From Eledone cirrhosa (lineage: Eukaryota), in the NCBI GenBank assembly GCA_964016885.1, contig CAXHJY010001087.1, positions 67,165-131,164 of the forward strand: DNA of 64,000 bases. The letters run 5' to 3'. A program made the translations under genes and the position numbers. Below, piece by piece: positions 14,866 through 26,784 of this stretch (its first letter is position 1; each line of letters opens with the position of its first letter). The notes under the pieces were generated by a model, which was not told where the DNA came from, made no database searches, and worked only from the letters and a program-made list of their open reading frames with translations.

Positions 14866-15015
14866 ATACTTTGGGAGGGTCATGTTGCCAATAAGAAACA
14901 CACGCACCAGTTGCTTTCACTTCAATTTATTATAAATTTATAAATTTACAAATTTACAAACTTATAAATTTCTAGTTGGTTGGTTGGTTCCACAACCAGA
15001 TAGTTGTTTATATAT

Positions 15016-15060
15016 AGTCATAGTCCTTTCGTCACACACTCTGTGACCTCTTCAGTGACT
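15016..15060 (-). ncRNA. Minimal type-I hammerhead ribozyme (inverted copy)
   Basis: Reverse complement of 15613-15657. Confidence 0.8.
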
Positions 15061-15612
15061 GGGGATTCCTTTCTTTGTTTCTGTGCCTTTCCTTTCTTCT
15101 ATCCTACGCCATTTTGTTTCTGTGTGTGTGTTGTGTGCTCAGTTTGCGCATGCGCCACATCCGGGTGTCTGTGTGTGTTTGTGTTCATTTATCTATTTAT
15201 CCACACACAGAAAAGACACAATGTTTAGGCAAATTACAGAGGCAGTAAGCATAAAAGAATTAAAACCAAAATTAAATAGAAAATATGAGTGGAACAGCAA
15301 CATCACAACTTACAATTAAGGACAAAATGAAAACACACACAGGACAAAATGAAAACACACACACACATAGAACAAACAACTTACAATTAAGGACAAAATG
15401 AAAACACACACAGGACAAAATGAAAACACACACACACATAGAACAAACAACCAACCAACAATAAATAAATAAACAAATAGATAAATGAACACAAACACAC
15501 ACAGACACCCGGATGTGGCGCATGCGCAAACTGAGCACACAACACACACACAGAAACAAAATGGCGTAGGATAGAAGAAAGGAAAGGCACAGAAACAAAG
15601 AAAGGAATCCCC

Positions 15613-15657
15613 AGTCACTGAAGAGGTCACAGAGTGTGTGACGAAAGGACTATGACT
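15613..15657 (+). ncRNA. Minimal type-I hammerhead ribozyme
   Basis: agtca CTGAAGA g gtcaca-gagtg-tgtgac GAAA g-ga-c TA tgact; intact core, CUA cleavage triplet. Confidence 0.82.
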
Positions 15658-15871
15658 ATATATAAACAGCTATCTGGTTGTGGAACCAACCAACCAACCA
15701 GAAATTTATAAGTTTGTAAATTTATAAATTTATAAATATATAATAAATTGAAGTGAAAGCAACTGGTGCGTGTGTTTCTTATTGGCAACATGACCCTCCC
15801 AAAGTATAACAATATCGGTTTCAACACACGATTTCAGATAAAGAATCTTGCTAAACAAATTCAGAAACGAA

Positions 15872-15902
<31 letters not shown>

Positions 15903-18900
15903 TAGCGTCATAATGTCATAATGCAGACAGCAGACACACAGACAGATATTATAAGGGCGCAACGTTATATCTATGTATCTATCTAAAAAGAAAGACTAAG
16001 AATTATAGAGAGACATCGCTAAATTGCCTCATGCGGTCCCTAGGGCATTGAACATTTAAAATTTGTTTTGCTCAAAACACTCACAGGACCATAAGAATTA
16101 CATGTGTAAAGTTTGAAAACAATCGGTTGGGTGGTTCTCGAGTTTTAGGGAGTCAGACAGACATTCTCTATTTTAGATGTATAGATAATATCAGTCAGAA
16201 TAATGTCCTTTTCTACAACTATAAATTGCGAAAAAGTAAATTAGTAACATTTTTCTTTTGTTTCATCAGTGTAATCTACACATTTGCGAAATTTCACTAA
16301 GTCATACAGTATTAGGACACAATGAGGGGACACAATTATTATAGCCTTTTTATTAGATTAACAGAAATATAATTATGGAATTATTTTCGAAAATTGATGA
16401 AAACGAGAGAAACAAGAACAGTGATTCTTAGTTCATAATTTTTTTGTTCCTACTTCAGTGTAATTGTTTGTGGAGAAAGAATTGGCTAAAGCGTTATTTA
16501 ACCCTTCTGTGTATAAAAAAAACATTTATAATGTTCTAATTACCAGCTCAATCATGATGAAGTTAGTTATGTTACTAAATTCCTCCAAATTTTTATTTTC
16601 AAAATGAATTGAAGATCACAGGCAATGTGTCTCATAAGAAATGGATAACTTTCTTTCATGAATCACAAAAGTAACATTTTTATATTAACGTAAAAAAAAA
16701 CATCCGTAATCTATGGAAAAGATTATTTAATTTAATCGTAACAAATTACAAGATATTTTAAGAAACAAAGAAAAAGGAAAACGAAGAATGGTTGGAAGTG
16801 GAAATAATGAGAATTTGTTTAGGAGAAAAGGAATCAACCGAGTTTTTCTTGCCTCTTTTTACCTCCCAAAATGTGTGTGTATATATATATATATATAATT
16901 TGTGTGTGTGTGTATATATATATATATATACAATTTGTGTGTGTGTGCACATATATATATATAAAATAAAAGAAATATATATATATATTATGTGTGCGGA
17001 ATAACCTTATCACACAAATATCTATACTAGAGACCTCATAGCTGGGGAAGTAAAAAAAAAAATGAAAAAAAAAAGAATATATATATATATATATATATAT
17101 AAAAGGGTAGTCATTGTTCAAGTGTTTCTTGTTATGAGAGAAAAAAAGAGGAGAAATTAGGTCGGCCATGGAAGGGGAAACAAAGGGAAGCAACCTATGG
17201 CCGCAGCACAGTTCTCTTTCTATCTCTCGTTAAGTGGAGGCTGGAATGTAAGTGCTTCATCTCTTACTTTCGAATCAACTCAACTCCCCAAAATAGTCAA
17301 ACATTCTCCCTCCCTTCATCTCCTATATACAAGTCAACCACACTGAAATATCAATATTTTTAGTATCTTCACTCTTGTTTTATATATATAAATTTTCTCA
17401 CTACTTCTCTCCCCTCATCTCCCATACACAAGTCCACCACAGTAAAACACCAATATATTAGCACTCACTTCACCCGTGTATATATATATTTATTAGGAAT
17501 TTTGTCCGACGGCTTAGCTTTAACTGTTTCGAGAGCAAAATGATTTTGCTGTCGTTACGGTTAAAGCTTAATATCTACATTTTATTTTCCTAAATATAGA
17601 GTACTAAGTTAAATAATGGTCTTATTACTCTTAACTAGTAACATCTCACCCACATATATGGAAAGGAAGACAGATAAATAGATATTCTTAAGCTCTCATA
17701 CACATGTCTTAGACAGTGAAACACCAATGTTTTCGTGTGTTAGTGCTTACTTCATCCTTAACATTTCATTCTCTAGCTTTCCCTTCGAGTCAATAATGAA
17801 ACACCTATCTTAAATATAACGTCTTTCCTCTTACATGTCCGATATACAAGTCCACAGTGTTATATAAATTCTATAAACACCAAATTGCTTCCACATGTCA
17901 GATCTACTAAAAACAAGACCACGGTGTAAAACTAATTCTATAAACACGATCTCACTTGCACCGTAACATCAATCACATCAATCAGTCTTATATATTCTTC
18001 CTTCATATCTGATATATAAGTTTACAACGAAACAAAACATGTCCACAGTAAAGCATCGTTCTTCTAATGGCAAACCCACTTTATGACACTTTTCATGTTT
18101 ACACCAGCATCTATCTTCAATATATTCTTTCTCACCCTTATGTTTTAAGATCCAAACGTAGAGTGCCTCTGTTAGAAATAGCAGCCAAATCTCCCTTAAA
18201 TCACACCCTGTCTGTTTTTAAAACGGAAAGGACATGTTCTAAAAAAGCGAGATGGTCACGGGTAGAACGAGGCTTTGATTAGTCAAAGCTAACTTGAAAC
18301 AAAACAACCGTTCTTTTAAATATTATTATTTGTCAACTTTGCCTTTCATCGTTCCGGGACCGATAAAATGAAGTACCAGTCATATTGGTATCGATTTAAT
18401 CGACATTCCCCTCCCAGTCACTGCTGACCCTGTGCCTAAATGGAATTATTATTTATTTATTTATTCACCATCAAGCTTTATCTTATATTTCCCATTCAAG
18501 CCACAACTTTCCTTAATATCGAATAAGTCTCTGGGAACGGAAGAAAGAAGAATTATTTATTATTGGACGGGATCTTTCTTGAGTATTACTTTTTATTAAT
18601 GTGTGTCGAAGTCTGGGTATTTGGATTTGTTTAGAGTAATAATAAATTAAAATGTTCTTCGTAGTTTCTAAAGATTATGGTTTCGTTCTTTTGTTCGGTT
18701 TCCCAGCCAAAATTTGTTTACATGCATAAGATAAACATGGATGTGTATATAAAGCCGAGATAAAATCCTTTATATATTCTTGTCAGGATATGTATAAGCC
18801 GAAAGAAAACCTTTGTATATATTTGTTAGGTTGATGACCGATTTGTTCTTGTATTTTTAAAAATAGTCCTTCGTCGTTTTCATGTTATTTTGAATATCTG

Positions 18901-19509
18901 TTGAGAGAGAAGAATTTGGTGGAAACCAGGCCAGAAACGATAAATTCTCTCTCGTGGAGATATTTCCGGTATTATTTATTTATGGTTATGTTAGCAATGG
19001 AAACATGCATTTGGAATCAATTTGAAATAAATACATACACAAAGTAATGGACAGTAATAATAAAATAATGAACGAGGAAGAAAAGAAAAAAAACATGTAC
19101 GCTCATTCAATTACGCGCTACAACGGAATATTGGTATTGTCCTTTTAAACCTTTCGAGGCAAGCCAAGACATTAACATTACTGCGAGTGATAGCGAAACT
19201 GAGGCACTGGAACAGCCAAACACACCCACAAACATCATCTGATACTTTAGTAAGATGAGCTGTCAAGGAAAAAAAAGATCGTTGTCAGTGACCCCATATC
19301 ACTTATGATAATTCTTGTCGTGGGCCAACAAGAAAGCCTTAACATGGTCGTCCAATCTGCGAAAAATAACTAAATCTCCTCCCACTCTCTTTAATAAAAA
19401 CAAAAAAAAAAATATACTCGATAACCCAGACTTTAACCCTTTTGACATTAAACAGCCCATTGGTTGTTGTTGGTGTTGTTATTGTTATTGTTCTTTTTCT
19501 TCTTCTCGT

Positions 19510-19970
19510 GGGGGCAGAGTCCCCAAACAGTCCTTCCTGTCAGAAGGAACCATCTCCAACTGATCTGGTTGGATCCACAAGTGAGACCAGGCAAGCTCAG
19601 GGTCTACCTCTGGGTCTCTTGCTAGTTGGTTTTGCCCTTAAAATCTGTCCAGCGATTCTTTCCGAGACATTCTAGCCCATAATATCGGAGCTGTGATGTC
19701 TCCATTCAGAGAAGTAGCGGCTCTACCTGGAGTGACTCTGATCTCCGTGCTACACACTCTATTGAGTAATGTTATTCCAAAGACACTTTGGAGGAACCAC
19801 ATTTCAGTTGTTTGTATTTGTGATTATTCAGTCATTACTCAAGATTCATGACCATAGGTAAGCGTTGGCACGAATACCAAATTGAAGATAGCCAGTTTGG
19901 ATTTTACACCTACCTCCCTTCTGATTACCGAATGCTGAAGCTAGCACGTTACTGCACCAGCTCCTGCAAT
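19510..19970 (-). mobile_element. RTE-like LINE 3' fragment
   Basis: Minus strand has a decayed YGHES-VMT motif typical of the RTE ORF C-terminus; related to 85-375. Confidence 0.6.
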
Positions 19971-21315
19971 TATCTAAAAATCCTGTAACAAAAGGGTTGT
20001 CTCACATGCTTATTGATATGGATGAGTTGTACAGGTCTACAAAATATTTCTTTCCCTTTCTGTGTCCCTCCAATTTCCTTATTCTTACCCTGTCTCCATA
20101 ACTCACTCTCTCTCTTGCACCTCCTATTTCTATCTTTCCCCTCTCTACCCTCTCTTTTATATCTACATCTCTCTGCCCTGGGGTAAACAACAATTGACCA
20201 GTCACATTTTCCCACTACAATTTCCCTGCAGACACTAAACAATGTAGTCCTAGATATATACAGATATACTGGATGACCATAGTTGGAGTGCCCTTAATCA
20301 TAAAGGGTCTACTCATTTGGGCTGCGACTTTGGCTTAAACTACTTCTATTACTACCACCACAATACCCCATTACTACTCACCACTACTGCTGCTGCAGGT
20401 CTTATATTAAGAATTAGTATTATATTGCTATTGTTGCTGTTTTTCATGGTTTCTTGTGGTAAATTAAATTCTTTGTATCTTTGTAGCTGTATGAAAATCT
20501 TCAATGGTAACTGAAACAGAATCCTAGAACAGTCTTCTCTGATTTCCTCGACCATGCCTTGCTGATTACCTTCAAATCACACATTGTATTGGCCTCACAT
20601 CTAGCTAGTCCACAATGAAATAGGCTTTTAACTGTATAACACTAAAATTATCAATATGCAGTAAAACAACTTATTCATTTGCTATTATCCAACTTGTTTA
20701 ACTTTGCATTAGCAATACACTCTTGAAAGGTACAAAACAGCACTATGACTGCATCATATGGAAAATTAAAGTCTTTACTCTAATGTTACAAATTTCCACA
20801 ATAGCCTGTTTTCTAGTAAAGACGCCATAAACATTTGAATTAACAAACAAGTTTTTAGATATTGTCTGCTAAATCTCATTGTAAGAGATAATATTGCAAA
20901 TTTCCACAACAGTGTGTCCACTACTAAAGATACTACAAACTTCTGTTTGCCAGTTTTTAGATATCTGCTAAATTATTACAGGAGGCAATGTTAAGAAGTA
21001 TGTTTGATATTATGAATGATTGATGTAACTAATTCTCTTACATATATGTAAAGAATTAAATTAATCCTTAGACCTCAACGAAGCTTCCATTTTTGACATG
21101 TTATTCTCACAAGAGTGAAACGTAAAGAATTATCAACAAAAGGTGATTTGGGATTGACATTTAGATATTGATAATATTTCAACAGAATTATTTTAGGTTT
21201 TGGTGTTTTATCATTGTTGTTAGTTACAACACACTATGAGATCTTACTAGATGTTACATTAACACAATTTTATACAGTCCCAGTGTTATAGACAAAAGCC
21301 TGGGGTGTATTTTTA

Positions 21316-22368
21316 ATGATGATGTTTCCCATGCAAACTGTTTATCCAAGTTCATCTTCTGTGGACAATCAATACAGATATGACATCAGCAACAAACCAT
21401 TTCAACAAGCTGAAGATAACAACCACTCAAAATACCATCATCACCACCACCACCACCATCATCATCACCATGAACCCACTTGCCCTCATTATTTAAACCA
21501 TTCAGGCAAAGGGGCTTACCCATGTCGCAACAACCGAGAACATTTAAATCCTCCAGATTTACAACCTGTTGCCAAGGTGACAAGTCACAGCAGCAAACCT
21601 TACAAGTGTGAGATTTGTCGAAAGAGCTTCAGCCGCCGAGCAAACCTTCAGAACCATGAACACAGTGCATTTTCTGGTGGTGGTGACAGACAGCAACACC
21701 ATAGTTGTGTTTACTGCCAGAAAGTGTTTGCTCAGAAAGCACACTTGCGCAGCCATGAGAGAACACACACAGGAGATCGCCCTTACACATGCTTAGCTTG
21801 TCTCAAGTCCTTTAGCCAAAAAGCTCATCTCAAAGTACATGAACGTACCCATACTGGAGAACGGCCTTTTAAATGCCCAACCTGTCCGAAAGCATTCAGC
21901 CAGAAGGATCATCTTAGTAACCATATAAGGACACACTCTGGAGAGCGACCTTTCCAATGTTCCCATTGCTCAAAAGCATTCAGTCAGCGTGCACATCTTC
22001 GTAACCATGAGCATACACATGCAAGTCGCAAGCCATATGTCTGCACCTTATGTGACAAAGCGTTTGCTCAAAGAATCAACTTGCTTAGTCACATTAGAAC
22101 TCATACAGGTGAGAAACCATACTCTTGCGATATTTGTGGGAAGAATTTCTCCCAAAAAGGCAATCTTAAAACTCATAAACGCACACACGGCAATAAAAAG
22201 ATCTTTGACTGTAATGTCTGTGGAAAAGTTTTCCCTCAAAAGGCGATCTTACAATGTCACGAAAAAGCACATATGGTGCCAAACATGGCTGAGGTGAACC
22301 GGACATCTAACAAGGACCAGGTTTTCCAGTACAATCTACCAGAATCTGGTGCTGTCAATGAACTTTAA
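21316..22368 (+). CDS. C2H2 zinc-finger protein with N-terminal poly-His tract
   Basis: 350-aa ORF with a run of about 12 His, one degenerate finger and 7 canonical tandem fingers joined by TGDRPY/TGERPF/TGEKPY linkers. Confidence 0.92.
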   Translation: MMMFPMQTVYPSSSSVDNQYRYDISNKPFQQAEDNNHSKYHHHHHHHHHHHHEPTCPHYLNHSGKGAYPCRNNREHLNPPDLQPVAKVTSHSSKPYKCEICRKSFSRRANLQNHEHSAFSGGGDRQQHHSCVYCQKVFAQKAHLRSHERTHTGDRPYTCLACLKSFSQKAHLKVHERTHTGERPFKCPTCPKAFSQKDHLSNHIRTHSGERPFQCSHCSKAFSQRAHLRNHEHTHASRKPYVCTLCDKAFAQRINLLSHIRTHTGEKPYSCDICGKNFSQKGNLKTHKRTHGNKKIFDCNVCGKVFPQKAILQCHEKAHMVPNMAEVNRTSNKDQVFQYNLPESGAVNEL

Positions 22369-24314
22369 AGTCAATCTCTTCTCTTGAGTTAAACTTTTGA
22401 TTTTTAAGAATTTATAACCCAAATGTGTCACCTTAATTAATATCACCTGTTTCATTGTATTGGCTATTCATCAATTTAGATTTCAGTATTAATTAAAAAC
22501 AATCATTTATTCACAATTGATGTAATATTTTATTTGTAAAATTGTGCTATGAATGTCATGATTGAAAATAGAAGTGGCGGCTAACATATTGAATGTAATA
22601 ATGCTTAATTAGTTATACCATCTGAGTTAATAACTCTTGTCAAGAAAGGCAAGGGAAATAACTCTAAAATCCAAAATGAATAAAAACTTAAGAGTGAAGA
22701 GTGATTCTGATCTTTGATGCATACAGTGATAACTCAGGACATGTTTTGATCTTGTGAAACTTACTCTGCCAAGCATAGTCTTAGGATTTTCAGAGTTATC
22801 TCCCTTGCCTTTCTTTATAACAATTATCATTAACATTGTTTGTTTTCCTCATTAAGTAAGAAAGTAAATGGACCTTCATCAATTTCGACAAGTTTTCCTG
22901 TTCTTTGATCAATGGGATGGCCTATTCATTAAATTAATGTGTAAATAGCTGAGTATTCCACAGACACAAATTACTGCTAACAATTCTCAGGGAGATTCAG
23001 CATGACACAGTGTGTGACAATGCTGGCCTTGGAATTACAGGTACATTTCATCCAACAGGCTTCCACACAGTTTCCACCTACCCAGTTTCATTTTTAAGGC
23101 TTGGGTAAAAGATACTCAAGATAGCATGCAGTGGGACTGAACCTAGTATCTCATGATTGTGGTGCAAACATTTTACCAATTCATCCATAAGTGTAGCTTT
23201 AACTCTTTGAGTACCACTGCTACCATTTTTCATATTTTATTGCCCCTGAATGTAATTATATGTTAATTATTTTGGCCTTTTCCAAGAAATCGTTCAAAAT
23301 AGAATAAAAGCAATATTTTGATCAAGTTTGCTTTATTTACTTTGTTTGGACCTAAAACATACTGATTATACCTTTGGTACATAAGATGCAGGAGATAAAA
23401 GATGTACCAGTAAGTCAAGAGTTAAATGATTAAACAATTTATTTATTAATGTTCAGTACATTTATTATGTCAGCTCCCACTTAACTATATGTTGTTCATA
23501 CAGATGGCAACCCTGGATAATCTTTTCCTATGCTATTACATTGGAAAGCATATAATTTATATCAGAAATTATAATTTAAAGATGATGGCTATGAAGGTTT
23601 GTTCTTTACTATCTAGAAAGTTTAATTTTTTCTAACTATAACTGTAATCTCTATATATTTAAATCTTTAACCCTTTTAATAACACAACACCTGAAATCGA
23701 TTTTCATTCTACAATACAGAGCTATTTATTTTAGAATGTTTATATTCATGTAAAACCTCCCATCATAATTTTATAGAAGAATCTTAGTTAAACTTCAGCT
23801 TAACCCATTTGTTACCTTATTTCTAATGAAACACATTGCCTGTGTGCTTCAGTTAATTTTGAAAATAATCAAATATTTGGAGTATTAATGACAGAATAAT
23901 TAAAACGTTGCTTAAAAAAGTTTCAGGAATAAAATTATGATGGAAGGATTTTTGCTAAGGTAAGATTCTTTTGTGATTTAATTTTCTTTCTAACTCTGTT
24001 ATAAATATAAATATTTTAAAATTGAGCAGTTTTGTATCATAAATCCAGGGCTGTTGCAGACAGTTTGGTATCAAAAAGATTAAATATTAGAAAGTTAGAT
24101 GGATTATTAAATCCCTTCAAATTATCATTATTTTCAAAATTACTTGAAAATCATAGGCAGTGTCTTTCATTAGAACTATGATAGGAAAAGTATTAAAATG
24201 TTTCTCCAAAATGCTAAACCCTCTCTGCCAATGTAAATTCCATTGTAGATATCCATAGCTTATTGATTTTTTAAAATTATATAAATAAGATCTATTTTTA
24301 AAAACGTTGAGCGG

Positions 24315-24573
24315 ATATGTATGTATTGAAAATTAACCTAGAGTTAGAGGCTTCGACGCACATTTTTTTTACTATGAAAAATAGTCTAACAAATTGGGGA
24401 TAGAAGCCCCTGGATGGAAAAAATTTGACCATTCACCATATAGCAAATATGTGTCCCACAGGCGATGCTACCAACTTCTTTTATGCCAAATTTATTAGAC
24501 TATTTTCCATAGTCAAAAAAATTCATGCATTGAAGCTTCTAACTCTAGGTTAATTTTCAATAAATAAGTATAT
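24315..24573. mobile_element. MITE-like fold-back
   Basis: About 80-bp imperfect inverted arms (tattgaaaattaacctagagttagaggcttc / gaagcttctaactctaggttaattttcaata). Confidence 0.65.
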
Positions 24574-24574
24574 A

Positions 24575-25800
24575 TGCGGAGTTGTATATCCCTGAAGTGC
24601 TCAGTGAAACAATCCACCAAATGGTGTCCTATTTGTCCAATGTATATGGATCCAAAAAGAGAACACCGGAGGGTATAGACTACATGGGGACAGATGAAGG
24701 AGTGGTGGATACGAAATGAACCATTAGTGTCTGTGAGAGGGACAGGTGTTACAGTAGAGACGAGAGCAGGGGTGGGATGAGAGGGATGTGATAGGGTTGG
24801 TTTCACGGGTGCAGGTGAGGGCAGTTTGGATCAGGGTGCGGGACATCCACACGGGATGAAGTGGGAGGCCATGGGTTGGGACTAGGTCTTGGAATTGTGG
24901 TCATGGTTACAGAGCCAATAAAGACGAAGAAATTGGGAGTAGGGTATGGAGAGTTTGGTGTGGGTGGGATGGGAGGAGGTAAAGTACTAGGATATAGGGC
25001 AGGGCATAAATCTAAAAAATGTTGAACAGCGCAGACGACGTCATCATGAGGGATGATGGTGTAAGGAGTTAAACAGTCGAAGGACATGATTAGTGTCATG
25101 GGTGTAAGAGGGGAGGTCAGTTACTAGGATGTGAGGAGGGTGTCTAGGTATTGAGAGATAATTTCAGTAGGGAGTTAAAGACTGAAACGATAGGGTGGTG
25201 GGGATTATCAGGCTTATGTATCTTGGGGAGGAAGTAGATGGTGGGTGTACTATAAGATTAGTAGCAGTAGGGAGTATGAGGGACAAGATGAGTTGGTGAA
25301 TGGTGGAGGATAGGAGCTGTTGGTAGCCTGGGGTGGGGTCAGAGGATAAAGGCCAGTAAAATGGGTATTGTGAAGTTGGTAGAGGGCCTCAGTCCTGCGT
25401 GCAAACACCACCACAGTACCACCTTTATCAGCAAGTTTGATGACAATGTCATTGTGGTGCTGTAGGCTGCACAGAGTGGAGAGTTCAATCTGAATGAGGT
25501 TGGTGTGATGAGAGTGCTTCCGGAAATTGAAGCAGTTCAAAGTGCTTCAACAAGTTTCCACAAATGTCTCAAGGATGCTGAACTGCCCCAAGCTTGAGGT
25601 CCACTGGCATTTTCGACAGCTGAGACTTGTGAAACAGTCTGTTTGGGCCGATGATGGTGTATTGTAAAAGAATGCCTGTAGCTTTAGATGACGTAAGAAC
25701 CATTCAACCTCAGCACGTGTTCTCATTGCATGTGGATGTGGTGGGTAAGAAGTACAAACCCCTGGCAAGGAGGGAGCACTTGGCTTCGGATAGCTACAGA
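24575..25800 (-). pseudogene. Decayed Penelope-like element (RT and GIY-YIG fragments)
   Basis: DIVIKLADKGGTVVV (RT N-terminal motif) and VVYTLRCSLFGSIYIGQIGHHL..FTEH (GIY-YIG), with many disruptions. Confidence 0.75.
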
Positions 25801-25980
25801 TAGTGTTAAGTTAAAGGGTATGGGGACAATCGTATAAGAGGTACTTGAGGAGAAGAAATTGAAAATACGAGTTTTTAAGAATATTTATCTACTTTAGTAA
25901 ATAAGTATTCTTAAGTCTCCATTTGCATTTTCAATTTCTTTTCCTTATATTTTTACCTGTGGGGGACATTTAAAAAAAAC

Positions 25981-26200
25981 CTCACTCAGATTGAACTCTC
26001 CACTCTGTGCAGCCTACAGCACCACAATGACATCGTCATCAAACTTGCTGATAAAGGTGGTACTGTGGTGGTGTCGCACGCAGGACTGAGGCCCTCTACC
26101 AACTTCACAATATCCATTTTACTGGCCTTTATCCCCTGACCCCACCCCAGGCTACCAGCAGCTCCTATCCTCCACCATTCACCAACTCATCTTGTCCCTC
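25981..26200 (+). repeat. Inverted duplicate of PLE segment 25277-25498
   Basis: Near-identical reverse complement (ctcactcagattgaactctccactc...caactcatcttgtccctcat). Confidence 0.85.
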
Positions 26201-26204
26201 ATAT

Positions 26205-26533
26205 GGAGGCACATGGCTTAGTGGTTAGAGCATTTGCCTTGCAATCGAAAGGTTGTGAGTTTCTCAGACTGGGTGATGTGTTGTTTCCTTGAGCAAGACA
26301 CTTTATTTCACATTGCTCCAGTTTACTCAGCTGTAGAAATGAGATGATAGAGCTGGGGTCCCTATCATTCCACTGCAAAGTGGTTGTGGAGGTGCCATGG
26401 CAAAAAGCACCCAGCACTCACTGTAAATGAGGTTGGTGTTAGGAAGGGCATCCAGCTGTAGAAATCAAGCCAGAATCAGTTCCCGTCCCACCCTTGCAAG
26501 CAGGGAAAAGTGGACGTAAAATGATGATGATGA
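26205..26533 (+). mobile_element. tRNA-derived SINE with RTE-type 3' tail
   Basis: A-box TGGCTTAGTGG, shared core, ends gcaagcagggaaaagtggacgtaaa(atg)n. Confidence 0.8.
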
Positions 26534-26784
26534 TATATATATATATAAGGATCGATTGGCTTTCATCAAATCGGACCAAGGAAACAATGTTTCCGTTGGT
26601 CATTCCAGTTGCTAGTACTATCTATCAGTCACAACTCCAAGTAGAAGGAGCAACGTGAAATAAAGTGTCTTGCTCAAGGACATAATGCATCACCCGGTCC
26701 AGGAATCGAACTCACAACCTCAAGATTGTAAATCCAATTCTCTAACCATTCAGCCACACGCCTTCACTTATACATATATATATG

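Larger units (their letters stand above)
14861..15870 (+). mobile_element. 5'-truncated Penelope-like element with inverted 3'-UTR copy
   Basis: 14861-15198 is the reverse complement of 15475-15812. The centre encodes a PLE-type C-terminus (RQITEAVSIKELKPKLNRKYEW). Both ends abut (TA)n. Confidence 0.85.

Noticed and set aside
25853-25940. Possible hammerhead in an AT-rich hairpin
   Set aside because: No recognisable CUGANGA core on either strand.
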